Positions 27,322-35,063 of a DNA stretch of 64,000 bases are shown one piece after another. The notes below the pieces were generated by a model. That model made no database searches and was not told the DNA's origin. It saw only the letters and a list, made by a program, of their open reading frames with translations. Every line of letters begins with the position of its first letter. Positions within the stretch are counted from its first letter, which is position 1. Position numbers and translations under genes: made by a program. Origin of the DNA: an uncultured Bacilli bacterium (GTDB lineage: Bacteria; Bacillota_I; Bacilli_A; RF39; UBA660); contig CANRPY010000004.1 in NCBI GenBank assembly GCA_947632595.1, positions 775 through 64,774 of the forward strand, read 5' to 3'.

Positions 27322-28650
27322 ATGGCAGTTTTTAAGTTAGATACGGATAGGGTTTCTTCTGTTAGTTCATCTTTACAGTCTATTGCTTCTCAAATTCGTA
27401 ATATTGCAAGTTCTGTAAGTGGGTATGATACAAGCTGTGATGAATTTGATTTTTCCTCTCCCAAATCAGTGATTGCTTCTAATATAGAGGCTTGTGCTAC
27501 GAAGGTTTCTAATACCTCTACTTATTTAGAGAGAGTTGCTTCTCGTCATTCTGCTCTTCAAAATAGTTTGAAATTTGGTGTTTCGGGAAGTACTGACTCT
27601 GATGGTCATGGAATCGGTACTAGTACAAGTGGAGGGGCTGGTTCTCGTTCTGCTGGTCGTAGTGGCGGTGGATACTCTGGAGGGTATGCTTCTTCTTACT
27701 CTGGTGGAGGAGGCGGTGGATACTCAACTTATTCTGGTCCAACAAAATCTGCTCCTGTTGATATTGCTATTCCTAGTAATGGTATTCAACATGGTACTGC
27801 TCAAACAGGTGGCCTTTCTGAAGTTGGAAAAACTCTATTTGAGAGTAAAGCTCTTGCTTATAATACGGCAGGATATGCAACCATTGGTGGAATGTTCTTA
27901 ATTGCTTGTAGTAGTCAATATGGTAAAGTTGGAGATGAGTTAACTTTCACATTAGATGATGGCCAGACTTTCCGTTGTATTATTGCGAAAGTGGATGATA
28001 GTACCAATGGAAAGATTCATTTCTTTGTAAATGATGAATGGAAAGCTAATAATCCAGATAATTTCCAAGAAGATATTTGTGATCATATTGTCAAAGCTCA
28101 AAATCTTGGTCAAAATACTACTTATACTTGTGGGGCTACGATTAGTGGCGCTCTTGAGTGGGCTGAGACGATTGCGAATGATGATCGTTATGGATATTCT
28201 CAATCTACTCGTTGGGGAAATCCAAATTACGACTGTTCTTCCTTTGTTATTTCTGCTTATGAAGCTGCTGGTATTCCTGTTAAGGAAGCTGGAGCCTCTT
28301 ATACAGGTAACATGATTGATGCTTTTGTTCAATGTGGATTTGAATGGATTCCAGGAAACCCTAATGTTAATACGTTAAAACCTGGTGATATTGTCTTAGA
28401 TGTGGATGCTCATACCGAAATGTACTTTGGTAATGGTAAATTGGTTGGAGCTCATAGTAACAAAGATGGTCGAGATGGAGACTCTAGTGGTAATGAAATT
28501 AATATTTCTAACTATTATAGTCACCCTTGGGATGGAGTTTTACGTTATGTAGGTAGTGGTCAAAACGATGCGAAAGCCGTTGCTGCCCCAAATGCACCTA
28601 AGGTTTCCTCTCAAAAAAAATCAACGGATGTTGAAGTTTTACAAGTATAA
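27322..28650 (+). CDS. signal-peptide-less peptidoglycan hydrolase: helical N-terminal domain, G/S/Y-rich linker, 3D/DPBB-like domain and NlpC/P60-like amidase domain
   Basis: It has a strong RBS (AGGAGG). There is no N-terminal hydrophobic segment. The low-complexity stretch is GGAGSRSAGRSGGGYSGGYASSYSGGGGGGYSTYSG. The Cys/His blocks are NYDCSSFVISAYEAAGIPV and DAHTEMYFGNGKLVGAH. Confidence 0.7.
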   Translation: MAVFKLDTDRVSSVSSSLQSIASQIRNIASSVSGYDTSCDEFDFSSPKSVIASNIEACATKVSNTSTYLERVASRHSALQNSLKFGVSGSTDSDGHGIGTSTSGGAGSRSAGRSGGGYSGGYASSYSGGGGGGYSTYSGPTKSAPVDIAIPSNGIQHGTAQTGGLSEVGKTLFESKALAYNTAGYATIGGMFLIACSSQYGKVGDELTFTLDDGQTFRCIIAKVDDSTNGKIHFFVNDEWKANNPDNFQEDICDHIVKAQNLGQNTTYTCGATISGALEWAETIANDDRYGYSQSTRWGNPNYDCSSFVISAYEAAGIPVKEAGASYTGNMIDAFVQCGFEWIPGNPNVNTLKPGDIVLDVDAHTEMYFGNGKLVGAHSNKDGRDGDSSGNEINISNYYSHPWDGVLRYVGSGQNDAKAVAAPNAPKVSSQKKSTDVEVLQV

Positions 28651-28742
28651 TTTTATCAATATAGTGTAAAGTGTTGCCCTATTGCTTTTTCTAATAGGAA
28701 AATTAATGTTATAATGAAAATAAAGAATGGAGGTTAAAGAAT

Positions 28743-29042
28743 ATGGCAAATGGTTTAATCGTAGAAGCTGGTTCTATGAAAGATGATGGAGAAAAGACAA
28801 TTGGTAGTGCAGAAGATTTCTTAAATGAAATTAATATCTTAAAAAACAATGTTGAGGCATTAATGAGAATTTGGAGTGGTCCTGCTGCTGCTGCTTTTCA
28901 AGCATCTTTTCTTGAACAAGCAGATAATTTAAATGAATTCCAACAAAGATTAAATGATCGTGGAGAAGATATTGTTAACTCTGCAGGAATTTTAAATCGT
29001 AATGAAGAAGATTTAGCTGCTGCTGGATCTCACTTATTCTAA
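28743..29042 (+). CDS. WXG100-family (EsxA-like) protein
   Basis: It is 99 aa and predicted helical, with a central W-S-G (codons 28872-28880) in ...ALMRIWSGPAAAAFQ.... Confidence 0.8.
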   Translation: MANGLIVEAGSMKDDGEKTIGSAEDFLNEINILKNNVEALMRIWSGPAAAAFQASFLEQADNLNEFQQRLNDRGEDIVNSAGILNRNEEDLAAAGSHLF

Positions 29043-29059
29043 TAAAAGGAGGTTTTAGA

Positions 29060-29356
29060 ATGCAAGAATTTAAAGAAGAGAACTATGATGAAGCAATTGC
29101 TTTAGCTGATGAAGTTGCTGCAAGTGCTACTCGTATTCATAATGTTTTTGAAGATATTGATAATGTTACGAATCTATTACATGGAGGGCATTGGGAAAGT
29201 ACCGGATCTGAAGATGTAAGTGCTGACTATGCTCGTACTGTTAAGAGTAGATTTGAACCATTCTATGAAAATGTTATGACTATGAAAAAACATATTTATG
29301 AAGTAACTGGTCGTAACCAAGAAGCAGATACTCAAGCTGCTGCAAATATTCAATAA
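29060..29356 (+). CDS. WXG100-like small helical protein (divergent)
   Basis: It is 98 aa and lies directly after the EsxA-like gene. The central HWESTGSE approximates the W-x-G turn. Confidence 0.5.
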   Translation: MQEFKEENYDEAIALADEVAASATRIHNVFEDIDNVTNLLHGGHWESTGSEDVSADYARTVKSRFEPFYENVMTMKKHIYEVTGRNQEADTQAAANIQ

Positions 29357-29367
29357 AAAATGAGAAG

Positions 29368-29401
29368 AATAAAGTGAACTTTGAGGTTCACTTTATTTTT
29401 T
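29368..29401. terminator. bidirectional terminator between the esx-like operon and the femAB-like gene
   Basis: A 12-bp hairpin AATAAAGTGAAC-loop-GTTCACTTTATT is flanked by A- and T-runs. Confidence 0.85.
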
Positions 29402-30715
29402 CTCATTTTCTTTTTGTAATTCTTCTTCTAAATTTTTTTTGCTTTTTTTGCGTATTATCTTTCGATAGATTGGAACTAATTTTGTGAAGACAAAGTAGAA
29501 TAGTGGATCTACTATGTAATCCCATTCGCCAATAAATTCGATATAGTCTCCACCAAACTTCTTTTTAAATTCATGTAGCCCTAATCTTGGATTGTTTTTT
29601 GATAAGTCTCCTATCGTACCAAATTGGTCGTAGATCTTAATCTTTTTGTTTTTACAATACTTAATGTGTTCATAATAGGTTTTATAATTTACATAGGTCT
29701 CACTTAATATATTGTGATTTCCTGCATATAAAACCCAAGCTTTATCTCCATATTCTATAATCATATGAGCACTTAAGGTAATTTCATTTCCATATTCTTT
29801 TCTTGCTTCTTTATATTTTTCAATTTCTGCTAAAATATTTTCCTTTTGTTTTGTTAGTTCTGTTAATTTTGCTTTTGCGCTTTTACTTAAGTTATCTATT
29901 GGTAAGATGGATATTTGATTGTTGATATCCTTAAGTGTTTTTTCTATCGCATTTATGGTTTTCGTAATATTAATTTTGCCCATGAAAAGGGTTGCTTTTG
30001 AAGATTTATTTCCATTAAAGATTTCATATAGTGTTTCATAATAATCTTCATTATAAGAAATAAAGTCTTTTCTAGATTCTGTTAGGGTCATTAAATGATA
30101 GAATTCTTTGATATCACTCTTTTTTCCTATTGTTACTTCGGTATCTAATTTTTCTGCTTTGGCAATTCTTTGTTTGGTTGTTTTGGAAAAGTGATTTTCT
30201 ATTTCTTCCATGGATTGTGTTAAGTCAATACGGAAGGTGTATCTTGGTTGCATGGTTTCAAAGTTTTTGGTATATCCTTGGTGCTTGAAACCACAAGACT
30301 TTAATGTTTCAAATATTTTATCGTAGTCCTCTTCTATTTTTTCTTCATTTTGATAATTGATGGATTTTCTAATAATATCAGGATCTATTTTTACAAAGAT
30401 TGCTTTTTTACTTTTTGCAAATTCTACTACTTTTTTGGTCATTTCTCGTACTAGTTCTTTTTTCTTAAAATCGATTACAAAACCACGAGGAGCATACAGA
30501 TAACATCTATTCATTGGTAGTTTTTTTTCCAATAATAGAGTTGAGGCTACAACTTCTTCTTTTTCATTTACTAAACCTAAATAATAGGGAGTTACATTCT
30601 TCTTTATTTTTGAAAATTCTCCCCAAGATAGAGATTGTAAAAAGTGAGATTTATATTTATTTGTTCTTACAAATTCATCAAATTGTTCTTTTTCTAAATT
30701 CTTTAGTTTTAGCAT
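29393..30715 (-). CDS. FemAB/FemX-family peptidoglycan interpeptide-bridge aminoacyltransferase
   Basis: The N-terminal block is HFLQSLSWGEFSK. The ~440-aa length includes a central coiled-coil insertion, as in FemA/FemB. Confidence 0.85.
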   Translation of the reverse strand: MLKLKNLEKEQFDEFVRTNKYKSHFLQSLSWGEFSKIKKNVTPYYLGLVNEKEEVVASTLLLEKKLPMNRCYLYAPRGFVIDFKKKELVREMTKKVVEFAKSKKAIFVKIDPDIIRKSINYQNEEKIEEDYDKIFETLKSCGFKHQGYTKNFETMQPRYTFRIDLTQSMEEIENHFSKTTKQRIAKAEKLDTEVTIGKKSDIKEFYHLMTLTESRKDFISYNEDYYETLYEIFNGNKSSKATLFMGKINITKTINAIEKTLKDINNQISILPIDNLSKSAKAKLTELTKQKENILAEIEKYKEARKEYGNEITLSAHMIIEYGDKAWVLYAGNHNILSETYVNYKTYYEHIKYCKNKKIKIYDQFGTIGDLSKNNPRLGLHEFKKKFGGDYIEFIGEWDYIVDPLFYFVFTKLVPIYRKIIRKKSKKNLEEELQKENEKK

Positions 30716-30759
30716 TTGTACGACCTCTCTTTTTCATTAATTAGTATATCATAGAACTT

Positions 30760-30927
30760 TTAGATGATGTAGTAATTATCATCTTTTTCCAAGTAGTTTT
30801 TTTGTTCTTTCTTTGTTAAATTCTCTAATTTGTTATCAATCCTCATTAATTGCTCTCTGATGTGTTTTAATTCTTCTATAATCTGAGGAGTTCCTGATGG
30901 ATAAGGAGTAAATGGATATGGATTCAT
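30760..30927 (-). CDS. possible unannotated 55-aa ORF (below the ORF-track cutoff)
   Basis: My own translation gives MNPYPFTPYPSGTPQIIEELKHIREQLMRIDNKLENLTKKEQKNYLEKDDNYYII. A GAAGGA RBS-like element lies 6 nt upstream. It is on the same strand as the femAB-like gene and 44 nt upstream of it. Confidence 0.3.
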   Translation of the reverse strand: MNPYPFTPYPSGTPQIIEELKHIREQLMRIDNKLENLTKKEQKNYLEKDDNYYII

Positions 30928-30997
30928 AATATTCCTTCTTTCTTCTTATTTTATGTTTTTTTCCTCTTTCTGTGATAAAATATGAAATGGTGATTTT

Positions 30998-31645
30998 ATG
31001 CGTCTTAGAAATGTTAAAAATAAAGAACAAATTATGGAACAATCTCCCTATCTCATTCGTGATGGTTCTCTCTACCGTGGAAAGTGGAAAACTTTATTTT
31101 GCAATGAGAACCCTATTTATGTAGAAATTGGTATGGGAAAAGGGCAATTTTTGATTCAGAATGCTCTTTTACATCCTGATATTAACTATATTGGGATTGA
31201 GAAATATGATAGTGTCCTTGCGAAGGGGTTATTAAAAATTCCTGAGGGAATTTTTAATTTATATATTGTTCGTGCAGATGCTCTTGATATTGACCAAATC
31301 TTTGATCATGAGGTTTCTCTTATCTATTTAAATTTTTCTGATCCTTGGCCTAAAAATAGACATCATTTGCGTAGATTAACCAGTAGAATTTTTTTAGAGA
31401 AGTATGAACAAATCTTTTGTGGAGAAAAAGTTCTTGAAGTTAGGACGGATAATTCTTCCTTTTACCAATATTCTTTGGTTAGTCTTAGTACTTTTGGGTA
31501 TACGTTAGAAGAAGTCTCTTTTGATCTTCATAAAGATAATATGCCACTTGTTACAACAGAATATGAAGATAAGTTTTCTTCTTTGGGGCTTCCTATTTAT
31601 TTTGTAAGGGCTTTTAAAGATTGTAAAACTAAGGAAAAGCCATAA
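30998..31645 (+). CDS. trmB: tRNA (guanine46-N7)-methyltransferase
   Basis: It carries VEIGMGKGQF (the SAM site) and LNFSDPWPKNRHHLRRL. Confidence 0.9.
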   Translation: MRLRNVKNKEQIMEQSPYLIRDGSLYRGKWKTLFCNENPIYVEIGMGKGQFLIQNALLHPDINYIGIEKYDSVLAKGLLKIPEGIFNLYIVRADALDIDQIFDHEVSLIYLNFSDPWPKNRHHLRRLTSRIFLEKYEQIFCGEKVLEVRTDNSSFYQYSLVSLSTFGYTLEEVSFDLHKDNMPLVTTEYEDKFSSLGLPIYFVRAFKDCKTKEKP

Positions 31646-31700
31646 AAAAATTTTACCATTTACTAAATTAATGGTATAATGTAAGAAGAGTAGGTGAATT

Positions 31701-32360
31701 ATGAAAAAAATAGTAGTTTTACTCTCTGTACTTGTTGTTTTTTTAACGGGATGTAGTGTTTATACTTTTGAGACTGATCAATTTGAGGACAACTTGGATT
31801 ATTTATTATCTCAAAAGGCTAATTTATATAATGTTTATTATGATGGTTATAAATATTATCTACCAAAAGGTGTTTCTTTTGTAGAGAAAGATGATTATAA
31901 TGCCTTATTGGCAGATCAAAACGATAATCAATATTACTTATATGTTGATGCGATTAGTTATTATCATAAAATAGAGAATGATTATCAAGAAAATCATGAT
32001 TCTTATTATTCTAAGTTATTAAATTATAATGATAAAACAGGATATTTACAAATAGATGAAGTAGATGATAAATACTTTATTCAATTTGTATTTAATTATG
32101 TCAAGATAGAGGCTTTTGTAGAAGAAAAGGATCTTGTAGATTCTATTGATAATATGTGTTATATTCTACGTTCTGTTACCTTTAATCTATCTGTACTTGA
32201 GAGTCTTATTGGTGATAATGTTTTAGATTATCAAGAAGAAGATTATAATTTATTTAAGGCAGATTCTAGTAAGGAATCTTATATGGAAGTTGCGAAGAGA
32301 AATGAGAATGAAGAATATTCGAAGTATCTAGAGGATGAAAAAATCGATCTAGATTATTAA
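31701..32360 (+). CDS. lipoprotein, unknown function
   Basis: The signal peptide has a lipobox: VLVVFLTG|C. Confidence 0.6.
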   Translation: MKKIVVLLSVLVVFLTGCSVYTFETDQFEDNLDYLLSQKANLYNVYYDGYKYYLPKGVSFVEKDDYNALLADQNDNQYYLYVDAISYYHKIENDYQENHDSYYSKLLNYNDKTGYLQIDEVDDKYFIQFVFNYVKIEAFVEEKDLVDSIDNMCYILRSVTFNLSVLESLIGDNVLDYQEEDYNLFKADSSKESYMEVAKRNENEEYSKYLEDEKIDLDY

Positions 32361-32373
32361 AAGAGGTGAACTC

Positions 32374-33543
32374 ATGGGTATACTAGATAAAATCAAGAAT
32401 GCTCTTTTTGAAGTAGAGTATGTGGAAGTGGAAGAAAAACCTAAAAAAGAAAAAAAAGTAAAACAAAAAGAGCAAACTACGGAAAAAGAGGATAAACCGA
32501 TTGCGAAAAAGATTGTTCTTCCTGGTAAGATTGAAGAAAAGGTTGAGGAAATCAAAGAAGAAGAATTAAAAGATGAAGATTTTGAAGTTCGTCCAAAAGA
32601 CGAGAAAGTAAAGGAAGTCTTCCAAGATAACTTTAATGTTATGGGAGATGATTATCCTACTGCTCCAGTTCCTCCGGTTACAGAACCTGTTTATGAGGAA
32701 GTTCCTCCTGCAACCATTCCAACGGTACCACCTGAGACGACACCTGCCACACAACCAATTGCTCAGGATGGGGTATATACTAATAAAGATTATGTTCGTG
32801 AATATGATTCTTATAAAGAAAAAGTTTATAATACTTTACAAAATGAAATTCATGTAAAGAAACCTGAAAGTAGACCTTATGGTATGGATCTTTCTCATCG
32901 AGTAGCTATTAAAGAATATGGTGCGGAAAGTAGAGAAGAGAAAGGTACTTTTAAACCTAGTCCTATTATTTCTCCTATTTATGGTATTCTTGATAAAAAC
33001 TATAAAAAGGAAGATGTTGTTGCGAAGAAAGAAGTTCATCATCCTACCTATTATAGTAAAGCAAGTTTGAATGTAGATGATATTCGAAATAAAGCTTATG
33101 GAAGTAATAGTCAAGAAGAGTTTCAAGAAGAAAAGACTCATGAGATTGTATTAGAAGATGATGATGAAAACTTATTGGTTGATTTAAGTGATGAAAAGAA
33201 ACCAGAAGTAAAAGAAATTACTGTTGGAGATGCTATGGAGTATTTCCAAGATTTAGGTCTTGAATATAATGTGGATTATGTGGATGCGAGTGGTAAAACT
33301 CCTCCTAAGAAAAAGCCTGATGATTTAGAAGAAGATATTAAGGATACCATGAATGAATCTGTTGAAGAAGTTGTTGTACCAGAAACGGTTCCTGTACCTG
33401 TTCCAGCACCTGCAACAGAACCAGTTGTTGCTAAAGTAGAAAGTGCTCCTGTAGAAGAAAAACCAGCAGCAGAAGCTACTTTAGATGATGATGACAACTT
33501 ATTTGATTTAATTGATTCTATGTATCATGAAGAAGATAATTAG
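32374..33543 (+). CDS. acidic, Pro-rich protein with an N-terminal amphipathic helix, unknown function
   Basis: The N-terminus is MGILDKIKNALFEVEYVEVEE. Pro-rich tracts follow (PVPPVTEPVYEEVPPATIPTVPPETTPATQP). The C-terminus is DDDDNLFDLIDSMYHEEDN. Confidence 0.5.
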   Translation: MGILDKIKNALFEVEYVEVEEKPKKEKKVKQKEQTTEKEDKPIAKKIVLPGKIEEKVEEIKEEELKDEDFEVRPKDEKVKEVFQDNFNVMGDDYPTAPVPPVTEPVYEEVPPATIPTVPPETTPATQPIAQDGVYTNKDYVREYDSYKEKVYNTLQNEIHVKKPESRPYGMDLSHRVAIKEYGAESREEKGTFKPSPIISPIYGILDKNYKKEDVVAKKEVHHPTYYSKASLNVDDIRNKAYGSNSQEEFQEEKTHEIVLEDDDENLLVDLSDEKKPEVKEITVGDAMEYFQDLGLEYNVDYVDASGKTPPKKKPDDLEEDIKDTMNESVEEVVVPETVPVPVPAPATEPVVAKVESAPVEEKPAAEATLDDDDNLFDLIDSMYHEEDN

Positions 33544-33557
33544 AAAGGAGAAGGAAA

Positions 33558-33854
33558 ATGGAATTTTTATTAAATATTTTATTACCTGTAATATTATATC
33601 TTGTAGTTATCATATTATGCATTGTACTTATTGTTTTATGTATACGTTCTCTTAAAATTTTGGATAAAGTTGATAGAATTGTAGATAATATTGATGAGAA
33701 GGTACAAGTTTTTGATGGAGCTTTTTCTATCTTTAGAAAAGCTGCAGAAGGAATTGCTAGTATTAGTGATAGTTTCGTATTTGCAGCGACTTCTGCTATC
33801 TCAAAATTAATTAAAAAAATAAAAACTGATAAGGAGGAAGATGATTATGAATAA
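33558..33854 (+). CDS. small membrane protein (DUF948-like)
   Basis: An N-terminal TM is followed by a helical region. It overlaps the following ytxH-like gene. Confidence 0.45.
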   Translation: MEFLLNILLPVILYLVVIILCIVLIVLCIRSLKILDKVDRIVDNIDEKVQVFDGAFSIFRKAAEGIASISDSFVFAATSAISKLIKKIKTDKEEDDYE

Positions 33855-34248
33855 ATCAGGAATTGGAAAATTTGTAGCTGGTGCTGCAGTAGGAGTTGGA
33901 TTGGGAATGCTTTTTGCACCACAATCTGGAGAGGAAACTAGAAAGGAACTTAAAAAGAAACTTGATGAATTAATTGATCAAGCAAAACATGTTGATGTTG
34001 AAGAAGTCAAAAAAGATATTTCTAGAAGAGTAGAAGAAATTAAAATGGAATTAGTAGATCTTGATAAGGAAAAAGTATTAGAGATTGCTAAAGAAAAAGG
34101 AGAAGCTTTAAAAGCAAAAGCTGAAGAGTTAGTTGATTTAGCAAAAGAAAAGGGAACTCCTGTTTTAAAGAAGACTGCTAATGATGTTTTAGATAAAGTT
34201 ATTAAAGTTTCTAAAGATGTTCAAAAAAAATTAGCTGTTAATAAGTAA
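33841..34248 (+). CDS. YtxH-domain protein
   Basis: GKFVAGAAVGVGLGMLFAPQSGEETRKELKKK is the hallmark YtxH N-terminus. Confidence 0.7.
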   Translation: MIMNKSGIGKFVAGAAVGVGLGMLFAPQSGEETRKELKKKLDELIDQAKHVDVEEVKKDISRRVEEIKMELVDLDKEKVLEIAKEKGEALKAKAEELVDLAKEKGTPVLKKTANDVLDKVIKVSKDVQKKLAVNK

Positions 34249-34297
34249 GAAGTCAAAGTCTTTTGACTTTTTTTCTTTCTCATGATATATTATCTAT

Positions 34298-34503
34298 AAC
34301 ATTTTTTGTTGATTCATAATTAGTAGTATTCCTATTTGTTTTAGAGACTTAATGGTTGGTGGAAATTAAGAGTGATAGGAAATATGAAATACAGTATGAG
34401 GAGAAAAATCGTTTGCTGCGTTAAAGCATTGAGAGCATGTTTTACATGAATTAAGGTGGTACCGCGAAAAATTCGTCCTTAGAGAGAGTTTTTCGTTTTT
34501 TTT
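34298..34503 (+). promoter_or_regulatory. T-box leader (tyrosine specifier UAC)
   Basis: The promoter TTGACT-17-TATATT lies at 34263-34291. Stem I carries AGAGA...GGUUGGUGGAAA. The specifier GAAA-UAC-AG places the codon at 34390-34392. The T-box AATTAAGGTGGTACCGCG is at 34449-34466. The terminator is CGAAAAA...TTTTTCG followed by T8. Confidence 0.85.
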
Positions 34504-34519
34504 ATGAATAGGAGGATTT

Positions 34520-35062
34520 ATGCATACAGAATATGAAGTAAGAATTTTGGAGATTGATCCAGAAGATGTTAAAAAAAGATTAGAGAAGGTTCATGCAGAG
34601 TTTCAATGGGATCATGTTCAAAAGCGTTATGTTTATGATTTTGTTCCTAAAGTAGAGAATAAATGGATTCGATTACGTACAAATGGAGATGTTTCTACTT
34701 TGACAATTAAGAATCTAGTTTGTTCTGAAATTGATGGAACACAAGAATTAGAAGTTCAAGTGGATTCTTTTGATAGAACGCATCTTATTTTAAAAGAATT
34801 AGGATATGAAGCAAAAGGCTATCAGGAAAATAGAAGGGTTCAATATCACTTAAATGGAGTAGAAGTGGATATTGATTCTTGGCCTATGATTCCTACTTAT
34901 TTGGAAATAGAGGGAGCTTCTCCTGAGGCTGTTTATGCTGCCGTAGAGGCTTTAGGATTTACTAAGGAAGATTGTACGACTCGTGATGTAGAAGGAATCT
35001 ATTTGGATTATGGATACTCATTAGATACGATTTATGAATTAAAGTTAGAGGAGGATAGATAA
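34520..35062 (+). CDS. CYTH-domain protein (triphosphate tunnel metalloenzyme / class IV adenylate cyclase-like)
   Basis: The N-terminus E-Y-E-V-R is an ExExK-type signature. The ~180-aa length and the alternating charged beta-strand pattern are typical of CYTH. Confidence 0.75.
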   Translation: MHTEYEVRILEIDPEDVKKRLEKVHAEFQWDHVQKRYVYDFVPKVENKWIRLRTNGDVSTLTIKNLVCSEIDGTQELEVQVDSFDRTHLILKELGYEAKGYQENRRVQYHLNGVEVDIDSWPMIPTYLEIEGASPEAVYAAVEALGFTKEDCTTRDVEGIYLDYGYSLDTIYELKLEEDR

Positions 35063-35063
35063 T

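Noticed and set aside
30836-31042. A 68-aa minus-strand ORF appears in the track.
   Set aside because: It overlaps the trmB start and its upstream region, has no RBS, and has low-complexity basic content. The 55-aa ORF at 30760..30927 in another frame is the better, though still weak, candidate.
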